Source of the DNA: Octopus bimaculoides
Lineage: Eukaryota
DNA: 50,700 nt
Reading direction: 5' to 3'
Assembly: GCF_001194135.2 (NCBI RefSeq)
Contig: NC_068989.1
Location: forward strand, 5,945,872-5,996,571
The notes beneath the pieces are model-generated. The model was given only the letters and a program-made list of their open reading frames with translations. It had not been told where the DNA came from and ran no database searches. This document shows, piece after piece, positions 36,960 to 49,082 of the stretch. Positions within the stretch are counted from its first letter, which is position 1. The number at the start of each line of letters is the position of its first letter. The position numbers and the translations under genes are program-made.

Positions 36960-37160
36960 GTTTGTTCACCTAACATCGCTTGACAACCGATGCTGGCGTG
37001 TTTATGTCCCCGTAACTTAGCAGTTCGGCAAAAGAGTGACCGCTAGAATAAGTACAAGGCTTACAAAGAATAAGTCTTAGGGTCAATTTGCTCGACTAAA
37101 GGCGGTGCTCCAGCATGGCTGCAGTCAAATAACTGAACCAAATAAAAGTGTAAAAGAATA
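36960..37160 (+). mobile_element. SINE family A, 3' half
   Basis: catcgcttgacaaccgatgctggcgtg..ggcggtgctccagcatggctgcagtcaaat. Confidence 0.9.
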
Positions 37161-38245
37161 TATATATAGATAGATGCGTACGTACATACATACGTACGTA
37201 CATACATACGTACGTACAAATGTATCTGTGGATATGTTTGTGCAAGTATGTTTTTATATAAAGGTGTGTATGTGTGTAAAATCCTATCACTTTATGTATC
37301 AGTCTAAAGGCCTGTTTGTCAGTCAATCTGACTATTTGCATCTATATTTGTATGCATGTTTGTCTAATAATGGAAGATACAAGAAACTGAGAAGAGCGAA
37401 AAGGGGGAAGAAAGCGTGCAAGAAAGAGAATCAAATACAACAACAACAGCAACAACAAAAAAAGGAAATAACAAAGAAAAAGAAACGGTTTGTAAAAGAA
37501 CAACCATCCAAACAGATTAAGCTTAACACCTTCCGCCATCTTTAAAGTTTTCTACATCGTTAAACTCACACTGTTATCGTCTGCGTTCTGATGGACAGTA
37601 AATGGTAGTGAGTTACATGTTGTAACATTATCTTCTCTTCTCTCTCTTTCTCTATCCCTCTTTTTCTTTCTTCTCCCCCTCTCTCTCTCTCTTTTATCCT
37701 GTTACTCTTAATACTTCTTTCTCGTTCTATCACACCGTGCTCAAATTCTCTATTACTCATCCCTCTCTTCATTCATTCACTCTTTAATGTGTCTACCTTT
37801 CTTTTACTTTTTCTCCTCCCACTTAGTTTCTCTTTCTTCTTCTTCTCTCTTCAATTCCTCTCCCTCTCTCTCTCTCTCTCTCTCTCTAATGTGTATGCTT
37901 GTTTCTCTCTCCCTCGTACACAATTCTCATTTTCTCTACCATATCCCCAATTTACTCTCTTCCCTTTCTCTTCCTGCTCCTCCTCTTCAATAAACAGAAC
38001 AAGCATAACCATACAAATCAAGAGAATATACAAACACACCCAAAAGACAAACCAGAAAAATAAAATCAGGTAAAAAAAAAAAAGAAAAGAAAAAATAAAG
38101 AAAATGAACTGTGAAGGCGAACAGAGATGCGTACAAAAAGTTGCTGAAGTGAAAATTGGATAAGATTGGATTGGCGAGGAAAGTCTGCGGCTTCCTACAA
38201 ATGCACTCATATACAGTGATACTGACACGCACGCACACACACACA

Positions 38246-38291
<46 letters not shown>

Positions 38292-38450
38292 GACTACCAT
38301 GCGCACGCAGGCACACATGCACGCATGCACGCGCGCGCGCACACACGCTTATACAGAGATATATTTACACACAAGCATGCACGCGCACAAAGTTGTACAT
38401 ACCGATATATACATTCATACATGCATACACACACACACATATGTATACTC

Positions 38451-38497
<47 letters not shown>

Positions 38498-38611
38498 AAT
38501 ATATATATATGTGTGTGTATATATATATATGTTATAACTTAGTAACCGCATAAAATCGAAAACTACGATAGTAGAACACTCTATAACTGGGTTATACATA
38601 CATACATGTAT

Positions 38612-38830
38612 GCATTATTAGTTCTTTCATCGTTGTCGACGATGACCAAGGACATGAACATCGGTGTGTCCGACTGTGGCCAGTCAGTCCGATGCATGAC
38701 CGGAAGGCTCTGCCGCAGGTCACGCACAGATGGTCTGTTGGAACCAAACGCAAGAAACTGGCTCTGGACTTGAGTACTTCCCGTTTTCCTTGCGCCCCAA
38801 CGATCCTGTTCTGTTCGTAGAAGGTTAGGG
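38612..38830 (-). mobile_element. RTE-clade LINE 3' end with C2H2 zinc finger
   Basis: CVTCGRAFRSCIGLTGHSRTH (38726-38664) is the terminal finger typical of RTE/BovB-like ORFs. Simple-repeat tail follows. Confidence 0.75.
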
Positions 38831-38868
38831 TTAGAGTTAGAAGGTAGACGGTTGTATGCATGCATACA

Positions 38869-38975
38869 TAGCTTGCTTACCAACCACATGGTTCCGGGTT
38901 CAGTCCCACTACGTGGCACCATGGGCAAGTGTCTTCTACTATAGCCTCGGGCCGACCAAAGCCTTGTGAGTGGAT
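38869..38975 (+). mobile_element. SINE family A head, truncated at the junction with the next element
   Basis: Stops at ..gccttgtgagtggat. Confidence 0.9.
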
Positions 38976-39341
38976 TCAAAAGTCTCCATACGTAGGAAAA
39001 CTTTATTTTTTTTATAAGAAACGGTTTATAAGATCCCCTAGATCCCCTGATCTGACCCCTCTTGATTTCTATCTTTGGGGGCATTTGAAAGGCATGGTGT
39101 ATCGCAGAAAGATAAAAGACATAAATCATTTGAAGGAACGCCTCACCAACTCCTTTGCACACGTATCACCAGATGTGCTGTTACGAGTTCACAATGAGTT
39201 GGGCAAACGTATTGCAATGTGTATTCAAAACAATGGTAGCCATAGAGAGCCTGTTAAATAAAAAAAGAAACTGTTCTTATAAATTGCTTCTTATCAAAAA
39301 AATAAATTGTTCCTATGTATGGCGACTTTTGAATCACCCTG
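38973..39341 (+). mobile_element. Tc1/mariner-superfamily deletion derivative (DDxD type, maT/rosa-like) with about 60-bp TIRs
   Basis: TIRs 38973-39033 and 39275-39341, right end ..CACCCTG followed by TA. Internal peptide PRSPDLTPLDFYLWGHLKGMVY..NNGSH. Confidence 0.85.
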
Positions 39342-39371
39342 TATACACACACACACGCACACACATACACG

Positions 39372-39525
39372 ATAGTCTTCTTTCAGTTTCCGTCTACCAA
39401 TTTCACTCACAAAGCTTTGGTCAGTCCGGGAGTATGATAGAAGACACTTGCCTGGGGTGCAACGGAATGGGACTGAACTCGGAACCATGTGGTTGGGAAG
39501 CAGACTTCTTGCCAAATAGCCACAT
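39372..39525 (-). mobile_element. SINE family A, 5' half
   Basis: Reverse complement of the head and middle. Confidence 0.85.
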
Positions 39526-39564
39526 CTATTTCAATTCTAATTCTTCGTCAACAATCTTAAGAAA

Positions 39565-40180
39565 TTAATCAACAATATATTCTCCTTCATTGTTAACGAC
39601 TTCTTGCCAATTCTAGCAGATCTTGGCTCGAAGGTTTATCGAGTTACGTTTACAGCTATATCTCGTTGTTGAACGTAACGCATTCTGTCAGAGAGCGACC
39701 GGAGAAGGTACTAATCTGAAGGTGCTATATCAGGGGAACAGGTCGGGTGTGGTAGAACTTCCCAATCGAGGTTCTGAATGGCATTTATGGTCAAATTAGT
39801 GACGTGTGGACGAGCGTTGTTGCAATGAAGATACAATGCTATGTCATTGGTCGGGTCGTTTGGACTTTACCCTTCAAGTCAAGCTAACGGGCGCCGTTGT
39901 ATCTGCTGGGTCAGTTCCCCGGTAGGTTGGCGTGTATCCTCGTGAATGAGCGCATTCAATCAATCGTTATTGGACTGAACAGGTCGATCAAAATGAGGAG
40001 TTTCTGTGAGGTCGAATTTCTCCTTCTTTGAAACGTGAAAACTACTTCTGTGCGGTTCTTCCAATAATACACAGTATAAATATCTCGAGCGGGTTTGGCA
40101 GCTTCGGAATCTTGATTGAAAGCGAAGAGAAGCAGATGTCGAAAATGCGCATTTTTGTTTTTTTTTACTTGGCATTCCAT
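39565..40180 (-). mobile_element. mariner transposase pseudogene with internal deletion
   Basis: MECQVKKNKNAHFRHLLLFAFNQDSEAAKPARDI.., then [26 protein letters not shown] (HDNARPH / YSPDLAPSD motifs), stop at 39565-39567. Confidence 0.9.
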
Positions 40181-40611
40181 CGACTTATGTCTGAAAGCAG
40201 GTAAAATTTATTCAAATTTCAAAAACCATAAGCAAAAGCTGTAGAAGAATACAGCTACTAAAATAAAAAAAATAAAAAACAAACATAAAGCACTAGGGTA
40301 AAAATATTTTTTGTGTTAATTCAAATAAGACTGGAAAGGAAGGAACGAATCTACCTGACATCTCAATACATACAGAAATTGAGGAAAGAGAACTCGAATG
40401 CCAAGATAGATTCAAGTATCAGATTTTGCTGAAACTAGAAAAGCCTTCAGGAGGTGAAACTCCACAATTCACGTGAAACTGAAATTCATGTGAAACCCAC
40501 TATTTGTTAATTTATTTCTACTGCTAGGACCGTTAAACTAGCCAGTCATTAACTCCTTTATATTCACTCTCTCCTTTTAACGTCAACTTAATCTCTTAGC
40601 CATTACTCTCT

Positions 40612-40790
40612 ACTAAAGGCACAAGGCCTGAAATTTTGGTGGGAAGGGACTAGTCGATTATATCAACCCCAATGCTTATCGACCCCGAAAAGATGAAAGC
40701 CAAAGTCGACCTCAGCGAAATTTGAACTCAGACGAAATACCGCTAAGTATTTCGCCTGGCATGCTAACGATTCTGCCAGGACGCCGCCCT
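40612..40790 (-). mobile_element. SINE family B
   Basis: aaagtcgacctcagcgaaatttgaactcagacgaaataccgctaag..ctaacgattctgcc. Confidence 0.85.
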
Positions 40791-41458
40791 TATATATCAA
40801 CCATTGTGTGTATATATATATATATAGTTATTCAGATTTTTTGTCACCAACCTAAACCCGAATATTTGAACCAATTCCCCCTCCTCCCTCCCTCCCNNNN
40901 NNNNNNNNNNNNNNNNNNNNNNNNNNNNNNNNNNNNNNNNNNNNNNNNNNNNNNNNNNNNNNNNNNNNNNNNNNNNNNNNNNNNNNNNNNNNNNNNNNNN
41001 NNNNNNNNNNNNNNNNNNNNNNNNNNNNNNNNNNNNNNNNNNNNNNNNNNNNNNNNNNNNNNNNNNNNNNNNNNNNNNNNNNNNNNNNNNNNNNNNNNNN
41101 NNNNNNNNNNNNNNNNNNNNNNNNNNNNNNNNNNNNNNNNNNNNNNNNNNNNNNNNNNNNNNNNNNNNNNNNNNNNNNNNNNNNNNNNNNNNNNNNNNNN
41201 NNNNNNNNNNNNNNNNNNNNNNNNNNNNNNNNNNNNNNNNNNNNNNNNNNNNNNNNNNNNNNNNNNNNNNNNNNNNNNNNNNNNNNNNNNNNNNNNNNNN
41301 NNNNNNNNNNNNNNNNNNNNNNNNNNNNNNNNNNNNNNNNNNNNNNNNNNNNNNNNNNNNNTATATATATATATGGAGAGAGAGAGAGAGAGAGCGAGAA
41401 AGAGATAGATGGATAGATATACATATATACATACATACATACATATATATATACGTAT

Positions 41459-41506
<48 letters not shown>

Positions 41507-42364
41507 GCATCCATATACACGTGTACACACACATCATCATTGTACGTGTTCTTGTACGTGTGTTATGTGCGTATATGTTTGTATTTGTTTATGAAATTTT
41601 CTATTCATGTATTTATAAGTGTATAAATGTTCGTGTGCCTGTACGAGTCACTCTCGGTGGTGTCAGTGTGTGCGTGTATGTGGCTGTTTGCGCATGCGCA
41701 TCTCTGTGCGTCTGACCAGTTATTTTCGCCTTAAATCATTGTATCCCTCATTAAACTCATCTTCTCAGTCATGCTCTGTGATAAGTTTTGGCATTTTAAT
41801 TTGTTTCTTCTACGAAGAGCTCTTACAACAACTACAAATATAAAAATTACCGCCATTATTTTACCGACGCCGCCGACAGCATATCACCATTCGCAGCAGC
41901 AGATAGAACAGCTGCAGCAGCAACAATTACAAACAGCAACAGTTAAAAGACAAAACCATGATAGCGTTCAGTATTCATGGTTCCTTCTCCAGAGCCTCTA
42001 CTTTTACTCCCAATATCATAATCACCAACCACGTGCTTTACGACTATTAACGTACATCTACCTGTCATCATAAATACCACTAACACCATTCCAGTTATTA
42101 CGACCTCTATCGCTAACACCCACCAATGGCAACCATCATCACCACCGTGCCGCCGTATGGCCATTCGGTTTGCTAGAAATAGCAGCCAAATCCTCCGTCA
42201 TATCGTGTTAAATGAGGTTCTGGGTCATATCGTAGCGTGTTAAATGAGGCTCTGGGTTCCGTGCACATACGGCAAAAAGATGAGATTGCCATAAATGCAA
42301 TGTTTTAAATCAAAGCTGTGTTCAAAGAGGATTGATTTGGCGCTGAACAATATCAACTGCAACA

Positions 42365-42890
42365 GTTACTATCACCACCACCACCACCACCACCACCTGT
42401 ACTACTGCCATCACCACCACTATTACCACTACCACCACCACCCGTACTACTGCCACCAGCTTCGCACTTTCCTATTGCCACCTTCACCAACACCACCACC
42501 ACTACAACTACCATCTGTACCACCACTACCGCCACCACCACCACTACCGCCACCACCACCACTATCACCCGTACTACTGCTACCAGCATCGCATCCTCCC
42601 TTTGCCATTTACTTTCAGCACCACCACCACTACCATCACATCATCATCATCATTATCATCCTCATCAACTCAGTAACACCATTACACCCCCACCACCACC
42701 ACCACCACCACCACTCACCGCTATCACAGCTCCCGTAAAAGATTTACTTCGTTATAACAACCGTCATCACCAGCACACCGTCATCACCACTGCCACCACC
42801 GCCACCTTCACTGTCTACACCACCACCATAACGGTCCCCATAGAAACACACCACCACCACCGCCACCAAGTCCACCACCGAGATTACCAG
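42365..42890 (+). repeat. degenerate (CAC/CAT/TAC)n trinucleotide array
   Basis: Directly visible. It explains the poly-His/Pro ORFs. Confidence 0.9.
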
Positions 42891-43475
42891 TGCCATTTAC
42901 CATCGGCAAAACCATTGATAACTAATACAAGTAACACNNNNNNNNNNNNNNNNNNNNNNNNNNNNNNNNNNNNNNNNNNNNNNNNNNNNNNNNNNNNNNN
43001 NNNNNNNNNNNNNNNNNNNNNNNNNNNNNNNNNNNNNNNNNNNNNNNNNNNNNNNNNNNNNNNNNNNNNNNNNNNNNNNNNNNNNNNNNNNNNNNNNNNN
43101 NNNNNNNNNNNNNNNNNNNNNNNNNNNNNNNNNNNNNNNNNNNNNNNNNNNNNNNNNNNNNNNNNNNNNNNNNNNNNNNNNNNNNNNNNNNNNNNNNNNN
43201 NNNNNNNNNNNNNNNNNNNNNNNNNNNNNNNNNNNNNNNNNNNNNNNNNNNNNNNNNNNNNNNNNNNNNNNNNNNNNNNNNNNNNNNNNNNNNNNNNNNN
43301 NNNNNNNNNNNNNNNNNNNNNNNNNNNNNNNNNNNNNNNNNNNNNNNNNNNNNNNNNNNNNNNNNNNNNNNNNNNNNNNNNNNNNNNNNNNNNNNNNNNN
43401 NNNNNNNNNNNNNNNNNNNNNNNNNNNNNNNNNNNNNNNNNNNNNNNNNNNNNNNNNNNNNNNNNNNNNNNNNNN

Positions 43476-43487
43476 CTCTTCCGATCT
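43476..43487 (+). other. probable Illumina adapter remnant at contig edge
   Basis: CTCTTCCGATCT, the 3' end of the TruSeq adapter, begins exactly at the first base after an N gap. Confidence 0.8.
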
Positions 43488-44197
43488 ATATATGAAGGTG
43501 TTTGTATTCCATTTGTTCATTCATTACGATCGTTTCAGACCCAAATCATGACCATGTAATATTGATTTGAAACTTTGGCATAAAGCCAGCAATTTCGTGG
43601 AAGGGGTCAAAATGATTACATTAACCCCAGATTCCTGTTGGATTTTTTCTGGATTCGGAAGTTTTTTCTCCGTAGAAGGGTCTTGCTCCAAACATGATTA
43701 TTTAGGGACAGACATAGGAATTCAAATCAAAGTGAATAAAAGAAAGATCGAGTAGTAATTGTATGTACAATTCATGCACAACAAAGTATTTTTAAGCGAT
43801 GCGTTACGCACTTCGGTCACGCTGATAGAAGGAAACGAAACAAACGTAGGAGGAGTGAATGACTGTCAGAGACGCTAAACGAAGGTGAACTGTAGTAATA
43901 AGTTTTACTCTGTAGTAGCTGCTATTTTAATCGAAATGAAACTGCAAATTTTTATCTTAAATTTTATCTAATTTATCAATCCCCCCCCCACACACACACA
44001 CGAAGTTTTTCCAAAATATTATCATTCACGTAGCATTAGTAAATTATACATGTATTATTTCGTGTTCATTTGTTTCTCCATTCATGCCCTTTCTGACACT
44101 AGCTCTTATTTCTTTCTCCAAGCAAAGGATAATTATTTCACACGTCATCGTAACAGGAAGTTGCTGACGTGAAGTTGTCGAGAACACCAATTCAGCT

Positions 44198-44331
44198 ATG
44201 TTCTTGAGAAAGGTAAACAAACACATGTACACACGTATACACATAAATACACATATATACACATAAATACACATACACACGTAAGTATATGCATAGATAT
44301 TTGTATATGAGTATTCGTGTGTATCTAAGAG

Positions 44332-44368
<37 letters not shown>

Positions 44369-44430
44369 ATCTATCTATCTATCTATCTATCTGTGTGTGT
44401 GCGCGCGCATGTTTGCATGTGTGCATATAC

Positions 44431-44497
<67 letters not shown>

Positions 44498-46685
44498 CAT
44501 ATATGTATGTGTGTATATATATATATATATATGTATATGTATATATGAATGTATATACGTGCATACATATGTATATGTGTGTGTGCATGTGTATGTGTGT
44601 GTGTTACTCTACCCTTTCCTTCACTTTCCTTGATAATTGTAAACGAGTATCACTGTGATGCAAGCGTTGTCCTTTGCTTCCAGTCTTCCATGTAAGCCTG
44701 ACATGCTGAAATGTTACCTTCCTTGGAACAGGTGATGTTTGGCAAGATGGAGGGCATCCAGTCGTACAAAATATGCCTGATCCATGCGAGCATAGAAACG
44801 TCAAAGTTTCGTACATAAACATCACGTAGACTATGACACTTTGAACCGAAACGTTACAACTATATCTCATATTTCACGTGCTTCTCATTCTGCGCATGTC
44901 CGTATATTTACTCGATTAATGATATTTATCCACCACTTCTCCCATAATTCTGATGAGCTATTTTCTATCATTAGTAAAACTCGCAGTATTTTTGACGATA
45001 CGAGTATACTAGTAGAATATAACACAGAAGTAAAAAGAAAATACAATTTAGTGTTTGCTTCCCTCGTGTAGTTCAACACTGCCAAAATAGGGCATTTTAT
45101 ATTCTCTGACGAGAGATTAAAATTAACGTTTCGAGTAGATCCGCTTTCTTTTTATTCAGTGATTTATTATCTGTTTTATTCTACTTTATTTAGTTATTTC
45201 GGGCGAAGTTGGTGGTGGCGCAGAGCATGTCTGCTTTTCTCGCATTCGGTTTTCGTTTTTCATTTCTTTTTGCTGAAAACGTATAAACATATATTTTCCT
45301 GTGTGGTAAGTAGCTTGCTTACGAACCACATTGTTCCGGGTTCAGTCCCACTGCGTGCCACCTTGGGCAAGTGTCTTCTACTATGGTCTCGGGCCGACCA
45401 AAGACTTGTGAGTGGATTTGGTAGACGGAAACTGAAATAAGCCCATCACATATATATATGTATATATATATATATATAATGTGTGTGTGTGTGTGTGTGT
45501 GTTTGCGTGTCGGTGTTTGTCCTCCCAACATCGCTTGACAACGATGCTGGTGTGTTTACGTCCCCGTAACTTTGCTGTTCAGCAAAAGGGATCGATTGAA
45601 TAAGTATCAGTCTTACAAAGAATAAGTCATGAGGTCGATTTGCTCGACTAAAGGCGGTGCTCCAGCATGGCCACAGTCAAATAACTGAAACATGTAAAAG
45701 AGTAAAAGAGTACTTATTCTTAGATGAATGCCTATATATATGGAACACTCCGTCGGTTACGACGACGAAGGCCCCAGCTGATACAATCAACGGAACAGCC
45801 TGCTCGTGAAATTAACGTGCAAGTGGCTGAGTAATCCATAGACACGTGTACCCTTAACGTGGTTCGCACGGAGATTCAGCGTGACAGAGTGTGACAAGGC
45901 TGGCCCTTTGAATTACAGGCACAGCAGAAACAGGAAAAAAGAGTGAGAGAAAGTTGTGGTGAAAGAGTACAGCAGGGTTCGCCACCATCCCCTGCCGGGG
46001 GCCTCGTGCAGCTTTAGGTGTTTTCGCTGAATAAACACTCACAGCGCCCGGTGTGGGAATCGAAACCTCGATCTACGACCGCAAGTCCACTGCCCAAACC
46101 ACTGGGCCATTGCGCCTCCACATATATATATATATCCATAAATCCACACACATACAAAATCTTGTTATTGATTTTGGTTCGTCTGAACGTCGGTGAAATA
46201 CGTATTTACCGATTGAAGTCTATGATCACGACGAATGCACATCTGCATTTCTAAGGCATCGCTGTAGTTTTTGTTGTGGTTGTTGTTGTTGTTGCTGTTT
46301 TTGTTGTTGATGGTTGCGATGATGCTGATTGCAGTGGACTTTTCTACTTCTATCTTTAGCAACACATATACCTGCTGGCACCAGTAGCAGCTGTACCAGT
46401 TAACGTCCGACACAGGTAAATATAGCTACGATAGAGCGGACATACATACTTACATACACACATATATGCATATGTGTGTGTCTGTGTATGTATGTATCCT
46501 CATACACAAACGTTCATTGTGAGGGTGAAGGTGTAAAGACAATGGAGAAAGGGTTGTGTTTGTTAGATGTTATAAAATTAAATTATATCAATTTTAGAAA
46601 TAACGCAAAAAGACGAAAACGTTACTTGTTTGGTTCGCAGCAAAATGAGCAAGAATATGCTCCAAGCATTGGTGTGCAAATATAA
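44198..46685 (+). CDS. hypothetical spliced 52-aa peptide precursor (coding parts 44198-44212, 46360-46415, 46598-46685)
   Basis: AG/GT-bounded, phase-compatible exons give [58 protein letters not shown] at 46688. No homology recognised. Confidence 0.3.
44655..44810 (+). mobile_element. probable SINE 3' module of a further family
   Basis: aaatgttaccttccttggaacaggtga..ggagggcatccagtcgtacaaaat resembles recalled cephalopod SINE 3' parts. Single copy in this window. Confidence 0.4.
45297..45715 (+). mobile_element. SINE family A, full length
   Basis: Head, internal (TA)(TG)n, tail gtaaaagagtaaaagag. Confidence 0.93.
45745..46121 (-). mobile_element. SINE family C variant, full length
   Basis: Head gtggaggcgcaatggcccagtgg..ggtttcgattccc, a distinct middle module, then the family C body. 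Confidence 0.88.
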
Positions 46686-46750
46686 AAAATAAATCCACAT
46701 TTATACGAACACACACACATAATATACGGCTTTTGTGAGACCATATAAAT

Positions 46751-46806
<56 letters not shown>

Positions 46807-46860
46807 GTGGGGGGATAGACAGAGAAAGGGACAGAGAGGTAGAGAGAGATATGAAATATA

Positions 46861-47915
46861 TAATAATAATAATATTAATAAATACCCTGATGCAGTACCA
46901 GGCAGTGGCTCTCATGGCTTCTGATCTTAACTGATTGGAAGTGTTATCATGTACATTGTTTTGTCTTGGTATAAAAAGATGGGCAACAGCAAATATTCTG
47001 CTCAATACCACGGATTTGCTTGTCAGTAGCTTGACCTTAACCAGTTGAGCATGCCCCCTTGGTGGGTGACGATATGTGCATTTCTGATCACGAGCAGAAG
47101 TAGTGGGGGAGCATCAAAGCCATGTGCTGAGTGGAATTCTTTGGGGTTTGAATATTTCACCTCTGGAAACATGGGTATTTCATTCAACACCCTCAAACAA
47201 CTCTTATTCCCTGTAGCTCATCCGCTGCACTGTTTCAGTCCTTCTAATGTAGTGGCGTTGGACTGTCATTGCACATACGGATCCCTAAGTCTTTCATTGC
47301 CTGTGACTCTGGGATTGTAGTGCCTTCGGGTCCTGTATATGAAGGCTGTAGTGCATTCGTGAGTTGATAGTTCAGTGCTTGAAATTTTCCAGCATTAAAC
47401 TGTATGTTGTTTATTTCGGACCACTTGTATATCGAATTCAGGTCCGTTATAAGCTTGCGACGTCATCTTGATTTTTTATTGCGTGTGATAGTTTTGTATC
47501 ATCAGTATAGGTAGTGACAGTGGCTGTCCGAGTGACCGTAGGCATGTCTGTTAGGGTTTTTATGAAGAACAGTAATGGTCCCAGAATAGTTCTCTGGGGG
47601 TTGCCACTTAGGATTGATTTTTCACAGAAAGGACATCGTTGGCTGCAACTACCTGACTTCTGTCTTTAAGGAAGTCATCCAGTCACTCTCCCAGTTTACC
47701 AGCAATGCCAAGGTCTCGTAGCTTATGCCATATCAAGCTGTGATCTACCTTATCAAATGTCTATGCAAAGGCAATGTATATCACGCTGATATCTGAATGG
47801 TAATCAGTTGTTTAAAAACTGAATATGTTATCGATTGAATAAAATTGGATACGTCTTCTCTGAAGAGCAGTTAGGAACCTGCGAAACGGTCTGTCAGGAA
47901 ACTCTCCCACTTCAT
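46861..47915 (-). mobile_element. CR1-clade LINE 3' part (RT remnant, 3'UTR, (ATT)n tail)
   Basis: TFDKVDHSLIWHKLRDLGIAGKLGE*LDDFLKDRSQVV (DFxKAFDKV block) and YTDD at 47509-47498. 3' end ..ggtactgcatcaggg followed by an ATT-type tail. Confidence 0.85.
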
Positions 47916-48108
47916 GTATTCGTACAAGCATAGAAGGAATATGCTTACATTTTTACAATTTCTCTCACAGCTAGGGTTTCTAATATTTAAGTATATTTCT
48001 ATTTCTCTGATTCACGCTGTTTTTGTATATTATATGCATATCCGTCTACACACACACACACATTGTATATACATGTACATATAAACATTTCATATACATA
48101 GTTAATAT

Positions 48109-48111
<3 letters not shown>

Positions 48112-48178
<67 letters not shown>
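48112..48178 (+). repeat. (GT)n microsatellite
   Basis: Directly visible. Confidence 0.97.
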
Positions 48179-48182
<4 letters not shown>

Positions 48183-48523
48183 TATTGATATTGTGAGAGT
48201 TTGCCTTGCGACTCGAGAGCACACTTTTCACATTCGCTCCACATGAAGCGATGTATGTATATGTGTGTGCGAGCATATGTTTGTTGTGTGTGTGTGTATC
48301 TGTCTATGTGTATGCGTGTGTGTAGGTGATACATGGATAGATTCACAGAGAGAGAGGGGGCAGAAGGAGAGAGCGTGTGTGTGGTGGATAGACAAATAGA
48401 GAGAGGGGGAGAAGGAGAGTGTGTGCGTGTGTGTGATAGATAGATAGATAGATAGATAGATAGACAGATGAATAGATAGATATGTAGACAGAGAGAAAGA
48501 GGGGGAGAAGGAGAGTATGCGTG

Positions 48524-48572
<49 letters not shown>

Positions 48573-49082
48573 NNNNNNNNNNNNNNNNNNNNNNNNNNNN
48601 NNNNNNNNNNNNNNNNNNNNNNNNNNNNNNNNNNNNNNNNNNNNNNNNNNNNNNNNNNNNNNNNNNNNNNNNNNNNNNNNNNNNNNNNNNNNNNNNNNNN
48701 NNNNNNNNNNNNNNNNNNNNNNNNNNNNNNNNNNNNNNNNNNNNNNNNNNNNNNNNNNNNNNNNNNNNNNNNNNNNNNNNNNNNNNNNNNNNNNNNNNNN
48801 NNNNNNNNNNNNNNNNNNNNNNNNNNNNNNNNNNNNNNNNNNNNNNNNNNNNNNNNNNNNNNNNNNNNNNNNNNNNNNNNNNNNNNNNNNNNNNNNNNNN
48901 NNNNNNNNNNNNNNNNNNNNNNNNNNNNNNNNNNNNNNNNNNNNNNNNNNNNNNNNNNNNNNNNNNNNNNNNNNNNNNNNNNNNNNNNNNNNNNNNNNNN
49001 NNNNNNNNNNNNNNNNNNNNNNNNNNNNNNNNNNNNNNNNNNNNNNNNNATGTATATATATATATAGTTGAAGTAGTGAAAG

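Larger units (their letters stand above)
1283..49049. other. 13 assembly gaps (about 4.9 kb of N)
   Basis: 1283-1292, 2470-3102, 4187-4572, 5467-5728, 6577-6586, 10027-10799, 20123-20662, 23378-23490, 27706-27882, 28639-29167, 40897-41361, 42938-43475, 48573-49049. Most abut (TA)n or other microsatellites. Confidence 0.98.

Noticed and set aside
41771-42738. Gln-, His- and Pro-rich ORFs
   Set aside because: They are translations of degenerate trinucleotide arrays with no splice or homology support.
44780-45150. Partial hammerhead words (CTGATGAG at 44950, CTGACGAG at 45104, GAAACGT on either strand)
   Set aside because: I could not build stems I-III around them. At most they are decayed PLE ends.
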